NCBI GenBank assembly: GCA_038207085.1
Contig: JBBRAE010000013.1
Location: forward strand, 8,444-72,443
Direction of reading: 5' to 3'
DNA from: Armatimonadota bacterium
Lineage (GTDB): Bacteria > Armatimonadota > UBA5829 > DTLH01
Length of the DNA stretch: 64,000 bases
The stretch's first letter is position 1. Each line of letters starts with the position of its first letter. Below, in pieces: positions 28,812-38,362 of this stretch. A program made the position numbers and the translations under genes. The notes under the pieces were generated by a model that worked only from the letters and a program-made list of their open reading frames with translations, had not been told where the DNA came from and ran no database searches.

Positions 28812-30019
28812 TGCAAAGAACTAGACCGGCCAAGCGACCGAAACACGTGCTGCGCTGGGTGATAATATGTCTGCTGGGCATTGTGATCGGCGTTGGTGGC
28901 GCATATACAGTTCTAATGATGAAGGCGTCCGGCGGTGACATCCGCCGTGCGTTCGACCCACCGTTTCGAGGCAAGAGCTTTGTTCGGATCCTCGTTCTCG
29001 GAGAGGACAACACAAGCAGGAACCGCGCATCGGGCCACGGGCTCTCAGACACGATTATGGTCGCCGCCATCGATACAGGGAACAAGACTGTGCGGGCGGT
29101 ATCAGTTCCAAGAGACACGATGATCGAGATTCCCAGTCACGGCACGCAGAAAATCAATGCGTCGTTCGCCTTTGGCGGGCCGGAACTCACCCAACAGATG
29201 GTGCAATCGCTTCTCGGGCTCGACTCGATCGACTACTACGTCAAGACCGACATCGAAGGCCTCACTAAAATCGTCGATATGGTAGGAGGCGTCGGGGTTG
29301 ATGTCGAGAAGAACATGCACTACGTAGACAGGCACGGCGGGCTCTATATCGATCTCAAGAAGGGCTACAGGCACCTCGACGGCAAGAAGGCGCTGGGGTA
29401 TGTGAGGTTCAGACACGACAAGCTCGGGGATATCACTCGGACGCAGCGTCAGCAGAAGTTCCTGCGCGCACTGGCAAGGCAGATGTTGATGCCTCAGAAC
29501 TGGGCGAAACTTCCGAGAATCATCAACGAGATCAAGAGCAAGGGGTATATAGAGACAAATATGCAGCCCCGCGATCTCCTGACGCTTGCGAGACTTGCCG
29601 GGGACGTGCCGGCCGAAGAGGTGCAGACACAGACGCTTCCCGGCGCGCCTGAGCGCATTCGTGGCATCAGCTATTGGCAGATAGACCACGAGAAGACCGC
29701 TGAGATCGTCGGAGATATGCTCGACTATCCTACGGCCAAGGCAGCAACCGTTGAGGTCTTGAACGGCACAGGGATCGCCGGACGCGCCAAAATCGTCGCT
29801 GACAAGCTGGAGACATCGGGATTCAAGATTGCCTCAACAGGCAATGCGCCGTCGTTTGACTACGACAGCTGCAGTATCATCGTTCATAACCCAAAGGCGG
29901 CCGGTGTAGACAGCATCGCAGAGATGCTTGGTTGTCGTGAAGTCAAAACCGAGCCAGCCGCACATGGCGCATCAGCGCCGGATATCACTGTAATCATCGG
30001 CCGGGACTACCAGCCGTAA
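28808..30019 (+). CDS. LCP (LytR/CpsA/Psr) family protein with LytR_C domain
   Basis: N-terminal TM, LVLGED, SDTIMV, PRDT, RFRHD..GD..R..RQQ, VEVLNGTG. Confidence 0.93.
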   Translation: MMQRTRPAKRPKHVLRWVIICLLGIVIGVGGAYTVLMMKASGGDIRRAFDPPFRGKSFVRILVLGEDNTSRNRASGHGLSDTIMVAAIDTGNKTVRAVSVPRDTMIEIPSHGTQKINASFAFGGPELTQQMVQSLLGLDSIDYYVKTDIEGLTKIVDMVGGVGVDVEKNMHYVDRHGGLYIDLKKGYRHLDGKKALGYVRFRHDKLGDITRTQRQQKFLRALARQMLMPQNWAKLPRIINEIKSKGYIETNMQPRDLLTLARLAGDVPAEEVQTQTLPGAPERIRGISYWQIDHEKTAEIVGDMLDYPTAKAATVEVLNGTGIAGRAKIVADKLETSGFKIASTGNAPSFDYDSCSIIVHNPKAAGVDSIAEMLGCREVKTEPAAHGASAPDITVIIGRDYQP

Positions 30020-30081
30020 CTATTAATCAAGAAGTAAACGGGAACGTAAATGGCAAAAACCTCCATTTACTAAGGGAGTAT

Positions 30082-30438
30082 ATGACACAAACTATAGCAG
30101 CAGAACAGAAACTTCAACTCATTCGCGAGGCCATTGATGAAAGCAAGGCAGAAAGCGTCGAAGTGCTTGATCTCAAGAATCTTACGCTCGTCGCTGACTA
30201 CTTTGTCGTCGCAACCGGCACCTCGAACGTCCACATCAGAGCTATCGTGGATAACGCTGTCAAGAAGCTGAGAGAGCAGAAGATTCACGTAAACCACGTG
30301 GAAGGCCAGTCACAGGCCAAGTGGGTGCTTGTCGACTTCGGAGACGTGATTCTTCACGTCTTCGCAGCAGAGGAGCGCGAGTTCTACGACCTTGAAACGC
30401 TTTGGAGTGCTACAGCTAACAAGCTTGGAGTGGGCTAG
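30082..30438 (+). CDS. rsfS: Ribosome silencing factor
   Basis: ADYFVVATG, WVLVDFGDVILHVF...REFYDLETLW. Confidence 0.96.
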   Translation: MTQTIAAEQKLQLIREAIDESKAESVEVLDLKNLTLVADYFVVATGTSNVHIRAIVDNAVKKLREQKIHVNHVEGQSQAKWVLVDFGDVILHVFAAEEREFYDLETLWSATANKLGVG

Positions 30439-30440
30439 GC

Positions 30441-31127
30441 ATGACCCGGGACGCAGGGGATATCGCAAGGATCGCTGAGATCGACAAGCTTCTGTCGCGC
30501 GGCAACATCCACAGGATGCGCGGTGACATACTGGAAGCCGAAGACTCGTTTCGTCAGGCGCTTGCCGTCGACGAGTCGCGCGACGACATCCGTGAGCTGA
30601 TAGCCGATATGCTCTATGCCCGAGGACAGCTCGACAAGGCTGCCCAGGATTACAGATCCCTAATGGAGAAGCGTCCGGGCAATGTGCCGATAGAAACTAA
30701 ATACGCTAAAGTGGTCCTTGAGATCGGCGAGCGTAACTTCGAGCGGCAGATGGCAGAAGGGCTGATCATGAACCCTTCACGGTTCAGTGAGCGTCCCCAG
30801 AGGCCGGTCGCTTCGATGCTCCTGTCGATCACTGCGCCCGGGGCAGGGCAACTGTACAACGGAGAGATACTGAAGGGGATGATACTCCTTGGGGTGTTCT
30901 TCTTGTCCATTGTTGCGCTTGCACTGTCGCCAACGGACTGCAAGAACATGCTTTTGTATCTCGGTGCGATGATAAACCCTCACGAGGGTATCCTGCCCCC
31001 TGTGAGCGGTATCGCGCTTCTTTTTACGGTGTTACTTGTAATTGACTGGATCTACGCTATGATCGACGCCCCGATCTCTGCGGATAAACTGAGGAATCGG
31101 CCCGGCCAAAGCGCTGAGTCCAAGTAG
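30441..31127 (+). CDS. TPR-repeat membrane protein
   Basis: TPR-like helices followed by LLS..PGAGQLYNGE..KG and TM segments. Confidence 0.8.
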   Translation: MTRDAGDIARIAEIDKLLSRGNIHRMRGDILEAEDSFRQALAVDESRDDIRELIADMLYARGQLDKAAQDYRSLMEKRPGNVPIETKYAKVVLEIGERNFERQMAEGLIMNPSRFSERPQRPVASMLLSITAPGAGQLYNGEILKGMILLGVFFLSIVALALSPTDCKNMLLYLGAMINPHEGILPPVSGIALLFTVLLVIDWIYAMIDAPISADKLRNRPGQSAESK

Positions 31128-31128
31128 A

Positions 31129-31207
31129 TAGCCCGCTTTATTCGTGAAGCGAATAAAGCTCTCGCTAACAGAGCATTATTCACGAGAAGCGTGAATAATG
31201 CGGGATA
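31129..31207 (+). repeat. Family-1 79-bp palindromic repeat
   Basis: tagcccgctttattcgtgaagcgaataaagc...gcattattcacgagaagcgtgaataatgcgggata. Confidence 0.93.
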
Positions 31208-31209
31208 GC

Positions 31210-31241
31210 GCAAAGGCCGCACCGTGTGGTGCGGCCTTTGC
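31210..31241. terminator. Stem-loop between convergent genes
   Basis: gcaaaggccgcacc-gtgt-ggtgcggcctttgc. Confidence 0.7.
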
Positions 31242-31269
31242 AGCAGGTAATGGTTCCAAAACGGAATGA

Positions 31270-31527
31270 TCACTCAGCAAGTGTATTCTCGATGGAAATC
31301 AGTCCCAAACGAGTGGCCCTGCGGAATGCCTGGACCCTGTTGGACACTTGCAGCTTGTCATATATGTTGGCCAAATGAAAATCGACCGTTCTTTTGCTTA
31401 CGTAAAGCGCGTCTGCGACATCCTTGCTTGATCGGCCTTCGATCACCAAAGAAAGAACTTCCAATTCGCGTTTTGTAAGCCGAACAGCTCGACTTTCTTG
31501 GACCTCGGGTATTCCCATAGCCGCCAT
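31270..31527 (-). CDS. Stand-alone LuxR/GerE-type HTH regulator
   Basis: LTKRELEVL..G.SSKDVA..LYVSKRTVDFHLANIYDKL; no receiver domain. Confidence 0.92.
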   Translation of the reverse strand: MAAMGIPEVQESRAVRLTKRELEVLSLVIEGRSSKDVADALYVSKRTVDFHLANIYDKLQVSNRVQAFRRATRLGLISIENTLAE

Positions 31528-31702
31528 ATACCGTGGTCTCCTTTCCCTGCTCGCCTCTCACATAGGTTCTTCCACGGCATACCAGGGAAATGAGACACGA
31601 ATATTGGCATATTGCCTGAATATTTCGTGTCACACATGAAGCATACAAACGACAAAGGCCCGGGAAGTTTCCCAGGCCCGAAAAGTTAAACTTTGTGCTC
31701 AA

Positions 31703-32566
31703 TCAGCCAAGCTCGATCATCGTACCGATGCCGTGCTCGGTGAATATCTCCATCAGCAGCGAATGAGATTTCGTGCCGTCGATGATATGGGTCCGCTCCA
31801 CGCCGCCCTCAAGCGCCGTGATGCAGGCCTCGACCTTGGGGATCATCCCCTTGTCGATCTTGCCAGAGCCGATCATCTGCTCAGCCTCGTTTTGAGACAG
31901 CACAGAGCAAAGCGTGCCAGGGTCCTCTTTGTTGCCGAAGATCCCGGCCACATCGGTCAGCATAACGAGCTTGCTCGCTCCAACTGCCGCGGCTATAGCG
32001 CCGGCGATGTGATCAGCGTTCACGTTCAAGCTCTCCCCACCTTGACCGATCGCGACAGACGAGATAACAGGGATATACCCCTCGCGCCCAAGCGTCTCAA
32101 GAATACCGGGGTTGATCGTCTTCACTTCGCCTACAAGTCCGAGATCGACTTCGCCGCCCCTGCGCTCGGCTACGATCAGATTTGCATCTTTGCCAGAAAG
32201 GCCGACAGCCTGACCGCCGTGCGTATTGATGATCGATACGATCCCCTTGTTCGTCTTACCGGCAAGCACCATTTCGACGATCTCCATCGTCTCCTCATCG
32301 GTAACACGAAGCCCGCCGATGAAATGGGGCTCTTTGCCCATCCGCTTCATCATCCCGGAAATATCAGGGCCGCCGCCGTGAACGAGTATGGGGTTCATCC
32401 CTACGTAGCGCAACAGGACGACATCTCCAAGCACAGAGGTCTTCAGCTTGTCGTCCGTCATAGCGTTTCCGCCGTACTTGATGACGATGGTCTTGCCGAA
32501 GTAGCGCTGTATATACGGGAGCGCCTGCACGAGAATGTTGGCCTGTTCTGAAGTGTAGCTCATCAT
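31703..32566 (-). CDS. argB: Acetylglutamate kinase
   Basis: VIKYGGNAM, VHGGGP, GLRVTD, NVNAD, GMIPKV; start 32566 or 32563. Confidence 0.97.
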   Translation of the reverse strand: MMSYTSEQANILVQALPYIQRYFGKTIVIKYGGNAMTDDKLKTSVLGDVVLLRYVGMNPILVHGGGPDISGMMKRMGKEPHFIGGLRVTDEETMEIVEMVLAGKTNKGIVSIINTHGGQAVGLSGKDANLIVAERRGGEVDLGLVGEVKTINPGILETLGREGYIPVISSVAIGQGGESLNVNADHIAGAIAAAVGASKLVMLTDVAGIFGNKEDPGTLCSVLSQNEAEQMIGSGKIDKGMIPKVEACITALEGGVERTHIIDGTKSHSLLMEIFTEHGIGTMIELG

Positions 32567-32961
32567 TTCACCTGTACCCAAACTTTTCGGCTCCTGGGGC
32601 CGTCAAACTCGCAGAAGTATATCCCCTGCCAAGTTCCAAGCGCAAGTCGTCCATCTTCCACAATAACCTGACTCGAAAACCCCATCATACTCGCTTTGAT
32701 ATGAGCGTCAGAGTTGCCCTCGCCGTGCCTGTAGTCACCGTGCTCCGGAACGATCCGCGCGAGGTTGACCAGAATGTCTCTCACAACGCTTGGGTCGGCA
32801 TTTTCGTTGATAGTCACGCCAGCGGTCGTATGAGGGACAAATATGGTTGCAACGCCGTCACGGACCCCCGATTCCCGCACTGCCGAAGCAACTTCTGAGG
32901 TGATGTCGATCAGCTCGTTTCGCGCACTGGTTCGAACTGAGAAACCCGTCAATTGCGTCAC
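32563..32961 (-). CDS. yjbQ: YjbQ/UPF0047 family protein
   Basis: PHTTAGVTINENADPSV, GNSDAHIK, LGTWQGIYFCEFDGPR. Confidence 0.93.
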   Translation of the reverse strand: MTQLTGFSVRTSARNELIDITSEVASAVRESGVRDGVATIFVPHTTAGVTINENADPSVVRDILVNLARIVPEHGDYRHGEGNSDAHIKASMMGFSSQVIVEDGRLALGTWQGIYFCEFDGPRSRKVWVQVK

Positions 32962-33620
32962 CTGCTCTTGATCCGATCAATCAGAATCTTCGGGTTCTCG
33001 TAGAGCACCACATTGATCTCTTCATCAGAGAGACCAGCTCCTAGACCGACGATCCGTGCGAACTCCTCGGTCATAAGGTCACCGGGAGCGTGCCCGTCGG
33101 AGTTGATCAGAAACTTCGCCCCAACCTCCCGACCAATCTGCACGACTCGGCCATTGGTGAGTGAGTGCCCCTTGCGGCAGGTTATCTCCAGAAAGACGTT
33201 GTGCTCGGCTGCGAGCTTCGCGTCCTCAGGTGTTATAAGGCCAGGATGGGCGAGGATATCGACCTTGCCACAAAGTATAGCCGCGCGGTTTGTACCGGGC
33301 TCCACGGGCTCCACAACGGTCTCTCCGTGGACGACGACGTAGTCGACGTCCAAGCTATGCGCCTTGGATGTGACTTCATCGATCGCCGTAGCCGGGACGT
33401 GTGTGATCTCAGCGCCCACAAACACTTCCATGTTCCACGCGCGCTTAGCCAGATACGCGTCGCGCCTGAGTTCGTGCAGCACGCGATCAACAGTCGACAG
33501 GCTCACGTGATCGGCTATGCCAAGTGCCGTGTAGCCGTTCACCGCACAGCGGCGAATCAGCTCCATCGGCAAGAGAACGCCGTCAGACAGAAACGTGTGG
33601 GTATGGAAATCATAGAGCAT
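32958..33620 (-). CDS. PHP-domain phosphoesterase (histidinol-phosphatase-like)
   Basis: DFHTHTFLSDG, IADH, VVVHGET, ILAHPG, NSDGH. Confidence 0.9.
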   Translation of the reverse strand: MLYDFHTHTFLSDGVLLPMELIRRCAVNGYTALGIADHVSLSTVDRVLHELRRDAYLAKRAWNMEVFVGAEITHVPATAIDEVTSKAHSLDVDYVVVHGETVVEPVEPGTNRAAILCGKVDILAHPGLITPEDAKLAAEHNVFLEITCRKGHSLTNGRVVQIGREVGAKFLINSDGHAPGDLMTEEFARIVGLGAGLSDEEINVVLYENPKILIDRIKSR

Positions 33621-33644
33621 TCCAAGAAACCTCACTTTGCAGCG

Positions 33645-34595
33645 TTAACGGAAGAGCGTTGTGATCGATTCGTTCGCCTGAACCCGTCTAATTGCCTCAG
33701 CAAATATCGGCGCTACGCTGATAACCTTCAGGTTAGGCAACCTCTCAATCGACGGCGCAGGGATCGTGTCAGTGACGACGATCTCTTTTAGCTCCGGGCG
33801 ATTAAGCTTCGCAAACGCAGGCTCAGTGAGCACTCCGTGGGTCGCGGCTATGTAGATCTCAGGGTTGCAGCCGTGGGCCAGGAGCGCATCGACGCATTCT
33901 GTGATGCTTCCGCCGGTGGTGATGATGTCCTCGACGATGATCGGGGTCTTGCCCTTCACGTCGCCCGCGAGGTGGGTCATCTCAGTCATGCCGTGCTCGG
34001 GGTGGAACTTGTAGCCGACAGCAATGGGGGCCTGAAGGCGGCTTGCGACCTGTCTCACGGTCTTGACGCGTCCCTCGTCGGTTGAGACCAGGACGACGTT
34101 TTCAAGCTTCTTCCCGATGAAATAGTTGCTGATCGTCGGGATCGATGTAAGATGATCGACGGGGATATTGAAAAAACCCTGAATCGCGCCTGCGTGCAGG
34201 TCCATGGTGACAATTCTGTTCGCACCGGCTGCGGTCAGGATGTCGGCGATCAGTTTTGCAGTGATCGGTTCGCGCGGAGCATCCTTCTTCTCCTGACGGG
34301 CATAGCCGTAGTAGGGAATCACGACGTTTACGCTTCTTGCCGAAGCTCTCTTAAGCGCGTCAATAAGAATCAGAAGCTCAACCAGACTGGTATCAACCGG
34401 CGGACATGTCGGCTGGACAATGTAGGCGTCGATCCCGCGCACGCTCTCTTTGAACTTGACATAGCACTCGCCATCACTGAACCGTTCGATAGTCAGATCC
34501 CCGAGACTCAAGCCCAAGTAGTCAGCAATCTTCTCCGCAAGCGGCCTGTTTGCCGTACCCGCAAAGATCTTCAGCCCGTTCTTAATGTCAGCCAT
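33645..34595 (-). CDS. prs: Ribose-phosphate pyrophosphokinase family protein, divergent C-terminal motifs
   Basis: FSDGE, PYYGYARQ, DLHAGAIQGFF; ATG 34595 with ggagg RBS; non-canonical STDEG, YKFH and EDIITTGGS. Confidence 0.85.
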   Translation of the reverse strand: MADIKNGLKIFAGTANRPLAEKIADYLGLSLGDLTIERFSDGECYVKFKESVRGIDAYIVQPTCPPVDTSLVELLILIDALKRASARSVNVVIPYYGYARQEKKDAPREPITAKLIADILTAAGANRIVTMDLHAGAIQGFFNIPVDHLTSIPTISNYFIGKKLENVVLVSTDEGRVKTVRQVASRLQAPIAVGYKFHPEHGMTEMTHLAGDVKGKTPIIVEDIITTGGSITECVDALLAHGCNPEIYIAATHGVLTEPAFAKLNRPELKEIVVTDTIPAPSIERLPNLKVISVAPIFAEAIRRVQANESITTLFR

Positions 34596-34619
34596 TCGCC
34601 GTCCTCCATGCTTACACAT

Positions 34620-34646
34620 AAAAAAACCAACGCAAGCGTTGGTTTT
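34620..34646 (-). terminator. Terminator-like hairpin directly upstream of prs
   Basis: Minus strand aaaaccaacgc-tt-gcgttggttttttt. Confidence 0.65.
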
Positions 34647-34718
34647 AGTTTTCCACAACAGTAGCTCAACCGCGCCATTGCTATTATACTGCTAAACAAG
34701 GTCTAACTTCAAGGCAGA

Positions 34719-36413
34719 TTAGACCTCTACGATCACCGGCACGATCATCGGGCGGCGTCTGGTGCGCTCGTAGATGAACTTGCCAAGCGCCCTGCGCACA
34801 TCCATCTTTATGGTCATAGTATCGTCGCCATCGATGTCGGGATCTGTTTCCACGACAGCCTCGAACTTGGCCATAATGATCTCCTTGGCCTTCTCCATCA
34901 TCTCATCTTCGAGCTCGGGCATGGCAAACCCTCGTGAGACGATGTCAGGGTCGGCGACAAGCTCGCCGGTCGTACGATCGACTGTCAGCACGGCGATCAT
35001 AACTCCATCCTGCGCCAGGTGCCTGCGGTCGCGCAGCACAATGTCAGTCACGTCACCGACACCAATGCCGTCGACCATCACCATTCCGGAGTTTTCGATC
35101 CGGCCTGCGTGTCTCCCCTTGCCGTTTACAAACTCATAGATGTCACCGACACCCAGACGCGGCACCCAGTCTGGGCCATAGCCCATCATGGCGGCCATCT
35201 CAGCGTATTTCGTGAGGTGGCGATACTCTCCGTGAACGGGAATCACGTACTTCGGACGCACGAGGTAGAGCATCAGCTTCAAGTCTTCCTGGTTGCCGTG
35301 CCCTGAAACGTGCGTCTCCTCTGATGCGTCGTAAATAACGCGCGCACCGCGCCTGTAAAGATTGTTGATCGTCTTGTTTACGAGGTTTTCGTTGCCGGGA
35401 ATCGGCATCGCAGAGAAGATGACCGTATCGCCAGGCCCTATCTTGATCTTCTTATGCTCATCGACCGCCATCCGGCTGAGTGCGGAAAGCGGCTCACCCT
35501 GACTGCCGGTAGACATAATGACGATCTGCTCCGGCGGTGTGCTGTTCAGCTCACCAAGCGGTAGATCGACGCCTTCCGGGATGCGAAGGTAGCCGAGCTG
35601 GGTCGCGATCGCGCTGTTTTTAGCCATGCTACGACCGACCACGGCAACCTTACGCCCACATCTCGTTGCGGTGTCGTAAACCTGCTGCATACGGTGGACG
35701 TTCGAGGCAAACATAGCGACGACGATTCTTCCCGGTGCCGTCGCAAACGCCTCGTCAAAGCTCTTTCCGACAAGTCGCTCACTTGGGGTGTAACCCTCGC
35801 GCTCGACGTTTGTCGTGTCTGACATAAGCGCAAGCACGTCTTCGTCACCAAGCCGTGCAAACCTCGCGACATCGATCGGGTGACCGCCGACGGGGGTGTA
35901 GTCAAACTTGAAATCGCTTGTGTGGACGATCGTCCCGGCGGGAGTCCGAATGGCAAGCCCCACCGCGTCGGGGATGCTGTGGCTCACGCTGATGAACTCG
36001 ATCTTGAAGCTGCCCACCGAGATCACATCACCGGGTTCAACCACATTGAACTCAGCCTGATCGAGCAGACCGGGGTGGTCCTCAACTTTCGCCTTCACAA
36101 ACCCGAGCGTAAGCCCCGTGCCCCAAACGGGCACGTTCATCTCTCGAAGGACGTAGGGCAGCGCGCCGATGTGGTCCTCGTGGCCGTGCGTAAGCACGAT
36201 CCCAAGGACGTGCTCTTTGTTCTCGATGAGAAACGAGATGTCTGGAATGACGATATCGACACCGAACATCTCTTCATCCGGGAACATCAGCCCGGCATCG
36301 ATGACGATAATCTCCTCGCCGTAGCGTACGGCGGTCATATTCTTGCCGATCTCCCCCACTCCACCGAGCGGGATTATCTGCAGTGGCATACTTTTCTTTG
36401 AACGACGCGGCAT
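34719..36413 (-). CDS. rnj: Ribonuclease J
   Basis: PLGGVGEIGKN, THGHEDHIG, HSIPD, GSQGEP, HVSGH, PVHGE; start 36413 or 36389. Confidence 0.97.
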   Translation of the reverse strand: MPRRSKKSMPLQIIPLGGVGEIGKNMTAVRYGEEIIVIDAGLMFPDEEMFGVDIVIPDISFLIENKEHVLGIVLTHGHEDHIGALPYVLREMNVPVWGTGLTLGFVKAKVEDHPGLLDQAEFNVVEPGDVISVGSFKIEFISVSHSIPDAVGLAIRTPAGTIVHTSDFKFDYTPVGGHPIDVARFARLGDEDVLALMSDTTNVEREGYTPSERLVGKSFDEAFATAPGRIVVAMFASNVHRMQQVYDTATRCGRKVAVVGRSMAKNSAIATQLGYLRIPEGVDLPLGELNSTPPEQIVIMSTGSQGEPLSALSRMAVDEHKKIKIGPGDTVIFSAMPIPGNENLVNKTINNLYRRGARVIYDASEETHVSGHGNQEDLKLMLYLVRPKYVIPVHGEYRHLTKYAEMAAMMGYGPDWVPRLGVGDIYEFVNGKGRHAGRIENSGMVMVDGIGVGDVTDIVLRDRRHLAQDGVMIAVLTVDRTTGELVADPDIVSRGFAMPELEDEMMEKAKEIIMAKFEAVVETDPDIDGDDTMTIKMDVRRALGKFIYERTRRRPMIVPVIVEV

Positions 36414-36478
36414 GTGTACAATATTAGAGGCGGCGCAGCCAGTGCGCCGCCAGCCTTTCAATTTGTTGTCTTACGTGA

Positions 36479-37504
36479 CTACTTCTTCGCGATAAGCCCG
36501 CGCTCGATCATACATTCAGCAATCTGAACTGCATTTAGCGCGGCGCCCTTTCTGATGTTATCGGCGACGACCCACATATCGATCGTGTTCGGGCAGCACT
36601 CGTCCTGCCTGATTCGACCGACAAAGACCGGGTCCGACCCGTCAGCGAAAAGCGGCATCGGATACTTGCCGTTCGCCGGGTCATCCATCACCTCAACGCC
36701 GGGATAGCTCGCAAGCGCGTTGCGTGCTTCTTCGGCGGTGATAGGGTTCGCAAACTCTACATTCACAGTCTCAGAGTGAGCTCTCATAACCGGCACGCGA
36801 ACGCACGTGGCGGATACCGCGAGTTCAGGGATGTCAAAGATTTTGCGTGTTTCTTTGATCATCTTGATCTCTTCGCCGTAGTAGCCTTCGAACTCGTCGG
36901 TAAGTTTGGATATCTGCGGGATCAAGTTGCAGAATATCTGATGGCTATACTCTTTGACAGGTATCTCAGTCCCAGCAACGCTTGCCTTGATCTGCTCCTC
37001 AAGCTCGCGAATCGCCGCGCCGCCTGAGCCCGACACGGACTGATACGTCGAAACTACAACCCTCTTCATTGTTGCCTTCTTGTGAAGAGGAGCAAGCGCA
37101 ACAACCATCTGAATGGTGCTGCAATTCGGGTTAGCGACAAGACCCTGATGCTTTTCGAGCGCGTCAGCGTTTACTTCAGGGACGACGAGCGGGACCCGTG
37201 GGTCCATCCTCCAGTCGTCTCCGTTATCGACGACAACCGCGCCGCGAGCGACAGCCTCCCAGCCGAACATAGTCGATGCGCCCTTCTCGCCTTCGGTTCC
37301 GGCGAAAAACGCGATATCGACGCCATCAAAGGCCTCTGCTGTGGTCGGGATGATATCAAACTCCCGTCCGTCGAGGACCTGTTTGCGAGCCGAGCGAGCC
37401 ATAACTTTCAGCTCCGCGATAGGAAAGTTCCTTTGTCGGAGGACCTTCAGCATCTCCTCGCCTACGGCTCCTGCTCCGACTACTGCTACGTTGTAACCAG
37501 CCAC
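36479..37504 (-). CDS. asd: Aspartate-semialdehyde dehydrogenase
   Basis: ANPNCSTIQ, STYQSVSG, CVRVPV, DNIRKGAALNAVQ. Confidence 0.97.
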   Translation of the reverse strand: MAGYNVAVVGAGAVGEEMLKVLRQRNFPIAELKVMARSARKQVLDGREFDIIPTTAEAFDGVDIAFFAGTEGEKGASTMFGWEAVARGAVVVDNGDDWRMDPRVPLVVPEVNADALEKHQGLVANPNCSTIQMVVALAPLHKKATMKRVVVSTYQSVSGSGGAAIRELEEQIKASVAGTEIPVKEYSHQIFCNLIPQISKLTDEFEGYYGEEIKMIKETRKIFDIPELAVSATCVRVPVMRAHSETVNVEFANPITAEEARNALASYPGVEVMDDPANGKYPMPLFADGSDPVFVGRIRQDECCPNTIDMWVVADNIRKGAALNAVQIAECMIERGLIAKK

Positions 37505-37576
37505 CAGATTATTACTACCTTTCTTTGAAATTGGACGACCAGGCTAGGGGTGCAATTGACCCCGGCCACGCCCATG

Positions 37577-38362
37577 CTAGAGTAGATTATCCAGCCCATA
37601 CACCAGGCCGCCCAGCCCTCGGACCTTGCGGACCGCAAGCAGGACGCCCGGCATAAAACTTGTTCTGTCAATACTATCGTGGCGGATCGTGAGCGTCTGC
37701 CCCTGTCCGCCGAAAATCACTTCCTGGCTTGCGACAAACCCCTGAAGCCTCACGCTGTGAATTGGAACATCCGACTTAAGCTCACCGCGCGTCGGGCCTT
37801 GATCGGGATGCACCTGATACTCGCTGCGAGTAGCGGCAATAAGCTCAGCGGTCTTGATCGCCGTTCCCGATGGAGAATCAAGCTTCTTGTCGTGATGAAG
37901 CTCAATAATCTCGACGCTCGGCATATACTTCGCGGCCTCAGCGGCAAACTTCATCATCAGAAGAGCGCCAATCGCGAAGTTCGGAGCGATCAGGACAGAT
38001 GTGCCAGCCTCACCCGAAAGCTTGCGGAGTTCATCGATGTTCTCAGGAGAAAGCCCGGTCGTCCCGATTACCGTCGCGATACGCTTTGAAATACACACCT
38101 TGGAGTTTGCAAAGACGGTAACAGGCGAGGTGAAGTCTACAACGACATCGGGGTTCTTACCTTCAAGCATCTCAGCGAGGTCTGACTCGATAACCACGTC
38201 GCTTGTAACACCAACCACAGTTCCCGATAGCGTGCTTCCAACACAAGCTACGTCACACGCGCCGACGACCTCCATGTCAGGGGCGCCAGACACCGCGCGC
38301 GCAGTTTCCTGGCCCATCTTGCCGCACACGCCGACAATCGCCACTCTGATCTTCTCGCTCAA
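37577..38362 (-). CDS. dapB: 4-hydroxy-tetrahydrodipicolinate reductase
   Basis: GKMG, VDFT, IGTTG, ELHHDKKLDSPSGTA; TTG 38362 coupled to the upstream stop. Confidence 0.96.
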   Translation of the reverse strand: MSEKIRVAIVGVCGKMGQETARAVSGAPDMEVVGACDVACVGSTLSGTVVGVTSDVVIESDLAEMLEGKNPDVVVDFTSPVTVFANSKVCISKRIATVIGTTGLSPENIDELRKLSGEAGTSVLIAPNFAIGALLMMKFAAEAAKYMPSVEIIELHHDKKLDSPSGTAIKTAELIAATRSEYQVHPDQGPTRGELKSDVPIHSVRLQGFVASQEVIFGGQGQTLTIRHDSIDRTSFMPGVLLAVRKVRGLGGLVYGLDNLL

